A DNA stretch of 64,000 nucleotides from Candidatus Saccharimonadota bacterium (GTDB taxonomy: Bacteria > Patescibacteriota > Saccharimonadia > Saccharimonadales > OFTM59), in the NCBI GenBank assembly GCA_029260875.1, contig JAJDCL010000027.1, positions 7,354 to 71,353 of the forward strand, written 5' to 3'. Below, piece by piece: positions 29,045 to 37,309 of the stretch (the first letter of the stretch is position 1; each line of letters starts with the position of its first letter). Position numbers and translations under genes: made by a program. The notes under the pieces were generated by a model. The model was not told the DNA's origin, ran no database searches, and saw only the letters and a program-made list of their open reading frames with translations.

Positions 29045-29674
29045 ATGAACCTAACCAATACAGTTTTAGACGCTTGTAGATCCCTGGCGCGGGCAGGAAT
29101 GCGGCGTGTCGCAATAATACTGAACAACGTTTCTGGTGGTCATATTACGGCCAATGCCGTGACGCTTACTAGTCTCTTGGGCCACGTTCTTGTAGCGTAC
29201 CTGATTGCAACACGTCACCCGATTTGGGCGGGCACATTGCTAATAATTTTTGGGCTTATGGACACACTGGATGGTGAATTAGCACGTTTGCAGAAAAAAG
29301 CGTCTTCAGCCGGTATGCTACTCGATGCTTCAACTGATCGCGTTAAAGAGGTGTTGTTGTTTGTCGGGGCAGCTGCCTTTTATGTTGAGCTAGGATATCC
29401 GCATATTGCCATCTGGGCGGTAGCGGCTTGCGGATCTTCCCTGCTAGTGCCTTTTATCAAGGCAAAGGGCGAAACGGCCGTCAAAGACACAAACCTGACA
29501 CCAAACGAAATTAATCGCCTCTTCGGTGGTGGCATTGCAAGCTATGAAGTCCGGGTTTCTTTATTTATTGCTGGGCTGTTCACAAGCTTGCTGCCAGAAA
29601 TGCTGGTCATTATTACGGTGCTGTCGTCATTTACTGCCGCAAGCCGACTGATCAGCATCTCACGAAAGTTATAA
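29045..29674 (+). CDS. CDP-alcohol phosphatidyltransferase family protein
   Basis: DTLDGELAR-x8-G-x3-D-x3-D signature (MDTLDGELARLQKKASSAGMLLDASTDRV). An alternative start is the ATG at 29099. Confidence 0.8.
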   Translation: MNLTNTVLDACRSLARAGMRRVAIILNNVSGGHITANAVTLTSLLGHVLVAYLIATRHPIWAGTLLIIFGLMDTLDGELARLQKKASSAGMLLDASTDRVKEVLLFVGAAAFYVELGYPHIAIWAVAACGSSLLVPFIKAKGETAVKDTNLTPNEINRLFGGGIASYEVRVSLFIAGLFTSLLPEMLVIITVLSSFTAASRLISISRKL

Positions 29675-30328
29675 ATGTATAAAATAGATCTACACACCCA
29701 TTCAACCGCCTCTCCTGACGGTGGGATCTCGCCAAGCCAGTACGAAAAAGCCATAGCTGCTAGCTTGGTTGACTATATCGCCATAACCGATCATAACCAC
29801 ATAGATATGGCAGTCGCCATGCATCAGCAACTTGGCGATAAGATTATTGTCGGCGAAGAAATCATGACCACAGTTGGTGAGGTTATTGGCCTATTCTTAA
29901 CCTCCGTCGTTGCACCCAACCAATCCATAGAAGGGACAATTCGCGCGATCAAAGCCCAAAACGGTATAGTGTATATCCCCCACCCATTTGAAACCTTCCG
30001 GCACGGCATACACCCAGCAATATTGGAAGAGATTGTGCATGAAATTGACATTATTGAGGTTTGTAATGGGCGGGCTTTTCTTCAAGACCGTAGCGCGCAG
30101 GCCGTAGTCTGGGCACGATTAAATCAAATACCGGGAGCATCCAGTAGTGATGCGCATGGATATTTGGGGCTAGGCAAAACCTTTGTCAGCACAGATAAAC
30201 AACCAACGCGTGAGAATCTAGTCCAACAAATCGCGAACGGAAAATTATTAACCGACCGGCCAGCGTTACGAACCCTCCTATACCCTAAGTACCACCGTAT
30301 TAGAAAGAAAATTAGGAAGCATTCATGA
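29675..30328 (+). CDS. PHP-domain metal-dependent phosphoesterase
   Basis: MYKIDLHTHSTASPDG...ITDHN...PHPF...SDAH matches the PHP His/Asp motifs. The start abuts the upstream stop. Confidence 0.85.
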   Translation: MYKIDLHTHSTASPDGGISPSQYEKAIAASLVDYIAITDHNHIDMAVAMHQQLGDKIIVGEEIMTTVGEVIGLFLTSVVAPNQSIEGTIRAIKAQNGIVYIPHPFETFRHGIHPAILEEIVHEIDIIEVCNGRAFLQDRSAQAVVWARLNQIPGASSSDAHGYLGLGKTFVSTDKQPTRENLVQQIANGKLLTDRPALRTLLYPKYHRIRKKIRKHS

Positions 30329-30441
30329 AACTCTCTAAATGCCAGGATAATTTTTCACCGCATAATTCACACTTCACAGCAATTTCGCATGTTTCATTAC
30401 AGGAATGGCAAATGCAAAATGACAAATTGATGAAAAGTGTT

Positions 30442-30459
30442 AAATGTAAATTGTTAAAT
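30442..30459. repeat. AT-rich intergenic motif, copy 2 (AAATGTAAATTGTTAAAT)
   Basis: 17 of 18 identical to 36949..36966. The larger block 30424-30460 aligns with the reverse complement of 1296-1327 (AAATTGATGAAAA...ATGTGAATTGTTAAATA). Confidence 0.75.
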
Positions 30460-30479
30460 ACGCCTTCAAGGAGGTCTCT

Positions 30480-31004
30480 GTGAATGATTTGTGGGAGGCT
30501 TTTTGGTTCTTTTTGCCAGCTGGCTTTGCCAATATGGCCCCCGTACTTGCAGCCAGAATGCCAGGTTTAAAGGGGTGGAATGCGCCACTAGATTTAGGCA
30601 GGTCTTGGCAAGGAGCACGAATATTCGGCGACCATAAAACTTGGCGGGGACTTATTTCCGGCACTATTTTTGCAGCTTTTATAGGCTGGGTTCAGTACCG
30701 ATTTATAGCTACAAGTCCGGAGCCTTTGTGGTTTATACTCCTGGCGACGGGCGCTATGGGCTTTGGCGCGCTCCTGGGTGACGCTATAAAAAGCTTTATA
30801 AAGCGGCGCCGAGGGATAGCCTCTGGCAATGCCTGGGTTCCTTTTGACCAGATCGACTATATTGTCGGTGGCCTAATCTTTGCCGGGCTTTTTATAAGAC
30901 TCGGGGTCAGCCAGATAATCTTGATTTTTATAATTTATTTTGGCCTGCACCTGATTGTCAGCTACGCGGGCTATCTAACCGGATTTAAAAAGAAACCAAT
31001 CTAA
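30480..31004 (+). CDS. CDP-archaeol synthase (CarS/DUF46)-like membrane protein
   Basis: GTG start with AGGAGG 7 nt upstream. FLPAGFANMAPVL...PLDLG...GDHKTWRGLISG...GDAIKSFIKRRRGI matches the CarS family pattern. Confidence 0.7.
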   Translation: MNDLWEAFWFFLPAGFANMAPVLAARMPGLKGWNAPLDLGRSWQGARIFGDHKTWRGLISGTIFAAFIGWVQYRFIATSPEPLWFILLATGAMGFGALLGDAIKSFIKRRRGIASGNAWVPFDQIDYIVGGLIFAGLFIRLGVSQIILIFIIYFGLHLIVSYAGYLTGFKKKPI

Positions 31005-31125
31005 GCCAACGCGATGCCCCGACCTGCTTAGTGGCTCTGCTGCTAATTTCGTCAGCGCTCTTGGACTCTAGTATTGTCGCAAGCTCCAGTGCTCCTTCAA
31101 AATATACGGCTCAGTCCGTGCTTCG

Positions 31126-31896
31126 CTAATGCCTAGCGCGAGTCTTGAGTACGCTCACCTGGTCATATGGGGCTTTGACAAAGGTTTCGCTAGAATAAGC
31201 CTGGTCAAACTTATCGTCACCAAGATATGTAAACATAATCTCGGTTTGAGATGGCATAGCTTTTAACGCCCGGCGCTTCTTTCGTTGTATATCTTTAGGC
31301 AAGTCGACACAAATGTCGCATTCGGATTCTAACTTTAAGGGCGGATGATCGGTTTTAAAGAATATATTGAAAACTTCGTCTAGTTTTTTTAGATGTTGTT
31401 CGTAGGCTCTCTTTAACACCACCACATGATAGACATTGATGTGACGGTCAACGAGGCTCAGGGCCTCATCTACCCATCTAGAAACCGTCTGGTGGTCTGG
31501 ATGGCCGGTCATACCGTCAGGCCCAAACGTCAGTATAGTGTCCGGTTTGATTCTATCAATGTGCTCTATTATTTTAGCTGCTGCCTCTGAGCTATCTACC
31601 TCTCGGCACGTTCCGTCGTTATAACCCAACCAATGGTGTTCTTTAATACCAAGAATGTCTAAAGCGCGCGCTAGCTCCGCTGTCCTGATTTCTCCTAAAC
31701 GTTCTCTTGGCCACCTTTTTGGGTCTTGTACACCTGCCTCGCCTTTTGTGGCCGTTATACAAGCAACCCGCTGCCCATTCCGAACCGCTGCGGCCAATAT
31801 GCCGCCGCAAGTAAATGACTCGTCATCCGGATGCGCCCAGACACCCAAAATCGTCCCTAGCTGTTTAATGTCGCTAAGCTGGGTCAGACGTTTCAT
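31126..31896 (-). CDS. PIG-L/LmbE-family deacetylase
   Basis: VWAHPDDESFTCGG and GHPDHQ motifs. Confidence 0.85.
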   Translation of the reverse strand: MKRLTQLSDIKQLGTILGVWAHPDDESFTCGGILAAAVRNGQRVACITATKGEAGVQDPKRWPRERLGEIRTAELARALDILGIKEHHWLGYNDGTCREVDSSEAAAKIIEHIDRIKPDTILTFGPDGMTGHPDHQTVSRWVDEALSLVDRHINVYHVVVLKRAYEQHLKKLDEVFNIFFKTDHPPLKLESECDICVDLPKDIQRKKRRALKAMPSQTEIMFTYLGDDKFDQAYSSETFVKAPYDQVSVLKTRARH

Positions 31897-31902
31897 AGTT
31901 GT

Positions 31903-32931
31903 TTATTTAAGTTCTGTTTTTAGCTTCTCAACCAAATCAACTGGCGTAGGATTAATACCATTTAAGAGAGCCAGGTAAATACTTACGAAGTCGCCGAACA
32001 TACTTGTCCAAAATAGCTGTTTTGCTACTGTATCGCCTTCAGGCACCACTACTTGAGGCATAGGCCGCATACCCGAGAGCAATCGCTCGCTGACCGTAAA
32101 ACGCTTTTGCACACGCTCGTGCTCTAGACTAGACCGGATTTCTACGACACCAAAAGGCTTGTCTGTGGGCTTCCCTGTCCAGCCAATAAATTCATTGTGG
32201 TTAAATTCCGGGTATTCATTCCACCAAGCTAGGTTCTTGGCGCTTTCATTGATACAGATTTTCCATTTGCGTGCAGCTGGAGCCATAAGCGGTCCGCTAT
32301 AAATAATCACAGTCTTGCCCATAAGTTCTAATGCGAGCTGTTTAGCCGGATTCTTGGACGAGGGCACTTCCGGGCGCCAGCTCTCGGTCTGCGACTTAAG
32401 CCACTCCGATATAGTCTTCCGCTCATCTAAGCTTTCCTGGTCAACAATTCCGAGTGGAGCAAGCAGCTCCAATAAAGCCGCAATAAAGTAAAAAGATGAC
32501 ATGCGCGGCTGAGTCCCGCTTGGTAATACATAAAGGGGCAGCCCCTTTTCTTCGGCTAACTGCTGCAGTTGACCGCCAGACGCCATCACTACAATCTGCG
32601 CGCCCTTAGACTCAGCCTCGTGCATTGAGGCGATAGTTTCTTCTGTGTTACCGGAATAACTAGAAGCAATAAAAAGAGTGTTCTCACTGACGTGATCTGG
32701 AATTTTGTAGCCACCGCTTACTGTTAATGGCACCTTTACCCTCGGCCATGTAAGTAAATAAAAGGCCGGCCAGCGCGACCCGCCCATACCTGCAAAAACT
32801 ACATTAGTTATCTCGGCCTTTGAGGTAAACGATATACCATGGCTGTATACAAGTTGCTGCCATTGTCTCTCTGCGATTCCGAGCGCATCTTGTGCATCAC
32901 GTTCATGAATATATTTAAGGTCGTCTAGCAT
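31903..32931 (-). CDS. SIS-domain bifunctional phosphoglucose/phosphomannose isomerase-like protein
   Basis: FAGMGGSRW, IASSYSGNTEET, and a 342-aa two-SIS layout. Confidence 0.75.
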   Translation of the reverse strand: MLDDLKYIHERDAQDALGIAERQWQQLVYSHGISFTSKAEITNVVFAGMGGSRWPAFYLLTWPRVKVPLTVSGGYKIPDHVSENTLFIASSYSGNTEETIASMHEAESKGAQIVVMASGGQLQQLAEEKGLPLYVLPSGTQPRMSSFYFIAALLELLAPLGIVDQESLDERKTISEWLKSQTESWRPEVPSSKNPAKQLALELMGKTVIIYSGPLMAPAARKWKICINESAKNLAWWNEYPEFNHNEFIGWTGKPTDKPFGVVEIRSSLEHERVQKRFTVSERLLSGMRPMPQVVVPEGDTVAKQLFWTSMFGDFVSIYLALLNGINPTPVDLVEKLKTELK

Positions 32932-32937
32932 AGAGCT

Positions 32938-32987
32938 ATTTTACATTTATCAGTTCACAATTCACATTTATTTTACATTTATCAGTT
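32938..32987. repeat. Two perfect 18-nt direct repeats ATTTTACATTTATCAGTT flanking a TTCACAATTCACATTT core
   Basis: Copies at 32938-32955 and 32970-32987 (32-nt period). The spacer contains the ACAATTCACATTT motif shared with 1304-1316. Confidence 0.85.
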
Positions 32988-33083
32988 AATCGGTGGGTTT
33001 ATGCTGGTTATGATTAGTAATAAATGGTAAATTGGTAATTGAAAAATGATAAATCCGCCGATAGGCGGGCATGGGGGTGGAAA

Positions 33084-33557
33084 ATGTTTGGTAGCGATAA
33101 CCAAGATAACCAGCAACAAGACCACACAATAAGTGATTTTGGGGCAACAAAGCCGATAAGCCAAGTCGCAGACGGCTCGCTAAGTAGCGATGACGCCAAC
33201 GGTTCTATGGTTTCAAAAGAAACAAGTGGGCTTACACAAGTTCCGGCGCACCCGGCCACACAGCCAATGTCTTCACCTCTGCCTGATGATATTTTAGATG
33301 ATGGCAAAAACGATGATCTATTAAACATCAAACGAAGTGCCTTGCAGGATTTATCGCCTCTTGTAAGCCACATTGATCAAACACCTGAAGAAAAATTCCG
33401 CACCACCATGATGATGATCCAGGCATCTGACGACCAAAGCCTTATTAAAGCAGCCTATGAGACCGCGCAAAAGATTAGTGATGACAAAACCCGCGCCCAA
33501 GCACTCCTAGACGTCATAAACGAGATAAACTACTTCACCCAACAACACAATTCTTAA
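33084..33557 (+). CDS. Hypothetical acidic protein
   Basis: Start placed at ATG 33084, after a GGGGGTGGA SD-like tract. Low-complexity N-terminus and a helical C-terminus. Confidence 0.5.
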   Translation: MFGSDNQDNQQQDHTISDFGATKPISQVADGSLSSDDANGSMVSKETSGLTQVPAHPATQPMSSPLPDDILDDGKNDDLLNIKRSALQDLSPLVSHIDQTPEEKFRTTMMMIQASDDQSLIKAAYETAQKISDDKTRAQALLDVINEINYFTQQHNS

Positions 33558-33604
33558 GCAGGCAGATGTAACCACGAAGTGGTGGCGAGATCCGAGACCT
33601 TTAC

Positions 33605-34177
33605 TTATGCTCGTTTTTTGCGTGCTGTGGTGGCGTAGTGTAGGACTGTGGCGATGACGGTTGTGGCTAAGAAAATAGCCGTGGTTTCGGCTGGGCCAGT
33701 TGAGGGAAGCGGCTCGTCGTTTGCCCCAGTTCTAGGCGTTCCCTGCCCAACAGTAGAACTACCTGACGCTGAACCTGGCTGAGATGGCGCAGGCGCCACA
33801 GAGCCGTTAGGTGCGGGTGCCGGAGAGCCAGGCGACTCAGGAGCAGGGGATCCAGGAGCTTCAGGCGAACTCGGCTGATCATCGCTACCATCAGATGTTT
33901 GCGAAGAATTTGTAGATGAAGAAGAATCAGAATTTTCAGAATCGTGCTGTGTAGCTGTCGGCCGGTTTTGCTCATCATTGTTTTGAAACACATTGCGATA
34001 TATCCAGCGACCGCCAAAGAATAAGGCAGCAGCCAGTAAGACTGTTACAACGAGCGTCACCAGAGCAAGCAACCAGGCAACACCGGTGCGCTCACGTTTT
34101 TCAGCCTGATAATACTCCTGTATTTCTGCCGGAACTTCTTCTGTAGTCTCTTGATTCTTGCGTCTAAAAAATGCCAC
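33605..34177 (-). CDS. LPXTG-motif cell-surface protein
   Basis: GTG start. An N-terminal TM/signal anchor and a Ser/Pro-rich stalk. The C-terminus has LPSTG, a hydrophobic helix and an RKKRA tail, which is a classic sortase sorting signal. Confidence 0.65.
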   Translation of the reverse strand: MAFFRRKNQETTEEVPAEIQEYYQAEKRERTGVAWLLALVTLVVTVLLAAALFFGGRWIYRNVFQNNDEQNRPTATQHDSENSDSSSSTNSSQTSDGSDDQPSSPEAPGSPAPESPGSPAPAPNGSVAPAPSQPGSASGSSTVGQGTPRTGANDEPLPSTGPAETTAIFLATTVIATVLHYATTARKKRA

Positions 34178-34258
34178 TTAGTGCTTCTCCCAATCTGTAT
34201 AGAACTATCATACTACATAATGGTAATTACTGCAACATTTTCGTAGAGCTGCCCCTGC

Positions 34259-34300
34259 CATGTTAACAAATATCTACGATCGTGAGTATTTGTTAACATG
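34259..34300. promoter_or_regulatory. 42-nt palindrome CATGTTAACAAATA-N14-TATTTGTTAACATG (operator-like)
   Basis: Perfect 14-bp arms around a CGATCG-centred spacer, about 80 nt upstream of the LPXTG gene start. Same architecture as 41249-41286 and 41776-41813. Confidence 0.6.
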
Positions 34301-34377
34301 ATCGGTGTTGTTGGGCGAGGGGGCTGGATTGTGGTTTGTTTAGTTGGTTAGGCTAATTGGGTAGGTTGGTTGGGTAG

Positions 34378-34956
34378 CTAATTGGGCTGGGTTGTCCAGG
34401 TAAAGAAGTTTTCTGGGTCAACGACTTGAAAATCGGCATCAGGGTAGACTTTTTGGAAGTGCTCTGGGGGCTTGGACGAAGATCCGGACCAGGCAAAATC
34501 AAATGCTTGCCACTTATCATTTTGTTCTTCCACCAGATCGACTTTGCCGGAAAGCCCGCGCCAGTAATACCGCTGCGCTGAACTGGGCTGAGCCTGCCAC
34601 CATTTCAAGCGCTCGTTCATGCAAAAGTTTTCCCACAGCCCATCCACATCGTTGCGCAGACTCAGCGGCTGCAGGCTTTGGATCAGGGCGTTGCGGATGC
34701 CCAGGTCATAAAAATACACTTTGCGTTTTCTGTTGCTCAGCTCGCCACGCGTACCGCCGCGTAAAGCCGGCAAACGGTAAACAATAAAGGCCGACTCCAG
34801 CAGCGTAATGTAACGCTCTATAGTTTCGAGCTTAACACCGAACTGAGCGCCCAGTTCGTGATAAGACACCTCCTGCCCTATCTGTAGCGCCAAGGCTTGT
34901 AAAAGTTTGGGCAACAGTTGGCGTTGTCGTGTTATACTTTTGGCATGAAGAAACAA
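34378..34956 (-). pseudogene. Remnant of a DUF4143/AAA+ ATPase (COG1373-like) gene; C-terminal half only
   Basis: LLQALALQIGQEVSYHELGAQFGVKLETIERYITLLESAFIVYRLPA is the DUF4143 winged-helix region. The N-terminal P-loop half is absent, and the frame opens at a TTG just after a stop. Confidence 0.6.
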
Positions 34957-35154
34957 AACACTTGGTTATTGCTAGTTTTGAGTATTTTATTGGGTCCTGT
35001 CATGATTTTCTATTGGGCTTTTGAATATTTGAGGGGCCTACTAGAACCAGGCGCACATAAATCTATCCGTATAGTGGGCATAGCAGACATTGGCATAGGA
35101 TTGTCTATCGCCAGTTGCGCTATGTGGTTCATAATGCTTACCAATATAGCTTAG
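34945..35154 (+). CDS. Small two-TM hypothetical membrane protein
   Basis: MKKQNTWLLLVLSILLGPVMIF...IGIGLSIASCAMWFIML. Coding status is uncertain. Confidence 0.3.
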   Translation: MKKQNTWLLLVLSILLGPVMIFYWAFEYLRGLLEPGAHKSIRIVGIADIGIGLSIASCAMWFIMLTNIA

Positions 35155-35193
35155 GGTTCAGGCCCTTAATTAAGCAGCCAGGCGCTCATAGCT

Positions 35194-36852
35194 CTACATG
35201 CCCATCATGCCACCGCCCATGCCGCCCATATCTGGGGCGCCGCTGGCTGGGGCTTTTGGTTCAGGCACATCTACTACTAGCGCGCCCATTGTCATGCTGG
35301 TTCCGGCAATAGAAACTGCGTTTTGGATAGCTTCTTTTGTAACACGGGTTGGGTCAACCACGCCGGCAGACTTAAGGTCTACTAGTTTGCCAGCCTCATT
35401 CACGTCAACACCCTGTCCAGGCTTAGCAGCTTTTACAAGCGGTAGCCATTCATCAGGGTTAAGCCCGGCATTAGTCAGAAGGATTCTAAACGGCTGCTCA
35501 AGAGCACTACGCAAAATCTGCGCGCCGGCTGATTCTGAATCATTACCAACAACCTTGACGTCTTTTGCCAGGTTGATCAGCGTTACGCCACCACCGGGTA
35601 CGATACCTTCGTCCAGCGCAGCTTTTACGGCAGCAACCGCATCATCAACGCGGAATTTCTTTTCTTCTATCTCGGTCTCTGTCGCGCCACCGACTTTGAT
35701 GACGGCAACTTTGCCCTGAAGTGCTGCGCGTCGCTTCTCAAGATTTTCCTTTTCGTATTCACTAGTTGCAGCAGCAACTTGCTGATTGATCTGCACAATA
35801 CGGTCCTTGATGGCCACAGCAGTACTGCCACCTTCAATTATCGTAGTTTCATCCTTGGTAACTATGACTTTACGAGCAGTCCCGACTACGTCCAGCTCAA
35901 CGTTTTCAAACGTCATGCCACGGTCATCAGTAATGACTTGGCCACCAGTCAAAATCGCAATGTCTTCTAGCACTTCCTTTCGGCGGTCACCAAAAGCCGG
36001 AGCCTTGATAGCAATGGTATTAAACACACCTTTTAGGCGGTTCAAGATCAGAGTCCCAAGCGCCTCACCTTCTACATCCTCAGCAATAAGTACTAGTTCC
36101 TTTTTGCCACCTTGGGCTAACTTCTCTAGCAGAGGCAAAAATTCTTGGATAGAACTAATTTTCTTATCAGTAATTACAATCGCCGGCTTATCATATACAG
36201 CCTCCATGCGGGCTGGGTCAGTCACCATGTACGGGCTGACAAAGCCGCGGTCAAAGGTAAAGCCTTCTACGACTTCGCTTTCAAGCGCCAAGCCCTGGCC
36301 TTCTTCTACAGTCACCACGCCGTCTTTGCCGACTTTATCAATCACGTCTGCTATCAAGTTGCCGATAACTGCGTCCCCGGCAGAGATAGTTGCCACTTCA
36401 GCTACACGCTGCTTGTTGGCTTTGATGTCTTCAGTAAACTTGCCCAAGCCCTGGATTACGTCCTGCGCGGCCGCTTCAAGACCTTTACGCAACTGCATGG
36501 GGTTGTGTCCAGCAGCAATTAGCTTGTTTGCTTCGTTCAAAATGTGATAAGTCAAAACCGTCACGGTTGTCGTACCGTCACCAGCCATGTCGTTCATCTT
36601 GCTGGCAGCTTGTTTGATTAGCTCTGCCCCGACTTTGTAGCCCAAAGTTTCGTCGTCTAGGTCAGCCAGTTCCATACCCTTGGCCACAGTCACACCGTCG
36701 TGCGTTACGGTTGGGTTGCCGTAGCTTTTGCTTATAACTACGTTACGGCCCTTCGGACCCATAGTTGTCTTAACCGCGTCATAAAGCACCTTTGCGCCAC
36801 CCAGCACTCTGCGCCGAGCGTCATCATCATAAAAAACTTTCTTAGACATCAT
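35194..36852 (-). CDS. groL: Chaperonin GroEL
   Basis: AKVLYDAVKTTMGPKGRNV, the GDGTTT motif, and a C-terminal GGM repeat tail. Confidence 0.98.
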   Translation of the reverse strand: MMSKKVFYDDDARRRVLGGAKVLYDAVKTTMGPKGRNVVISKSYGNPTVTHDGVTVAKGMELADLDDETLGYKVGAELIKQAASKMNDMAGDGTTTVTVLTYHILNEANKLIAAGHNPMQLRKGLEAAAQDVIQGLGKFTEDIKANKQRVAEVATISAGDAVIGNLIADVIDKVGKDGVVTVEEGQGLALESEVVEGFTFDRGFVSPYMVTDPARMEAVYDKPAIVITDKKISSIQEFLPLLEKLAQGGKKELVLIAEDVEGEALGTLILNRLKGVFNTIAIKAPAFGDRRKEVLEDIAILTGGQVITDDRGMTFENVELDVVGTARKVIVTKDETTIIEGGSTAVAIKDRIVQINQQVAAATSEYEKENLEKRRAALQGKVAVIKVGGATETEIEEKKFRVDDAVAAVKAALDEGIVPGGGVTLINLAKDVKVVGNDSESAGAQILRSALEQPFRILLTNAGLNPDEWLPLVKAAKPGQGVDVNEAGKLVDLKSAGVVDPTRVTKEAIQNAVSIAGTSMTMGALVVDVPEPKAPASGAPDMGGMGGGMMGM

Positions 36853-36948
36853 TGTTCTCCTTTAGAAAAATTTACTATTTATCAAATATCATTTTCCAAT
36901 AATTTGTCATTTCTCATTTAAAAAATGGCTAATGGAAAATAATTTGTT

Positions 36949-36966
36949 AAATGTGAATTGTTAAAT
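36949..36966. repeat. AT-rich intergenic motif, copy 3 (AAATGTGAATTGTTAAAT) inside the groES-groEL spacer
   Basis: Exact reverse complement of 1299..1316. Embedded in a tandem TTGTTAAATG x2 (36944-53 and 36958-67). Confidence 0.8.
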
Positions 36967-36980
36967 GAAAAATCGTACTG

Positions 36981-37247
36981 CTACTTAACCGTTGCGAGTA
37001 TGTCCTCTTCTTTAATGAGCATATACTCATCGGCTCCGACCTTAACTTCTGTGGTGCTATAAGTTTTGTACACTATACGGTCGCCCACTTTGATCTCTTG
37101 GACGTTTTTACCCACTGCAACCACTTTGGCTACTTTTGGCTTTTCCTGTGCCTTGTCGGGCAAATACAGGCCGCTAGCAGTCTTGCTTTCAGCTTCTTCC
37201 TGACGAGCAACGACATAGTCGGCAAGAGGTTGGATATTTACACTCAT
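36981..37247 (-). CDS. groS: Co-chaperonin GroES
   Basis: 88 aa; IQPLADYVVARQEE...GLYLPD...GDRIVY is the typical Cpn10 pattern. Confidence 0.95.
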   Translation of the reverse strand: MSVNIQPLADYVVARQEEAESKTASGLYLPDKAQEKPKVAKVVAVGKNVQEIKVGDRIVYKTYSTTEVKVGADEYMLIKEEDILATVK

Positions 37248-37309
37248 AGAATTCCTCCGTATTTTAAATTTCTTGACGAATGAGAGCCCCTCGCATCAGC
37301 CCCCATTCA

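Noticed and set aside
32938-32987. Possible CRISPR array (also considered at 1291-1346, 30360-30460 and 36880-36970)
   Set aside because: There are only two repeat units per locus. The repeats are 13-18 nt and AT-rich, the spacers are 14-33 nt and themselves repeated elsewhere, and no cas genes are present. This is not CRISPR architecture.
35786-36547. 253-aa ORF (and 35198..35719, 36145..36522) on the plus strand
   Set aside because: These lie entirely antisense to groEL. The translations are low-complexity Ser/Thr/Ala/Pro, typical of antisense frames of a highly expressed gene.
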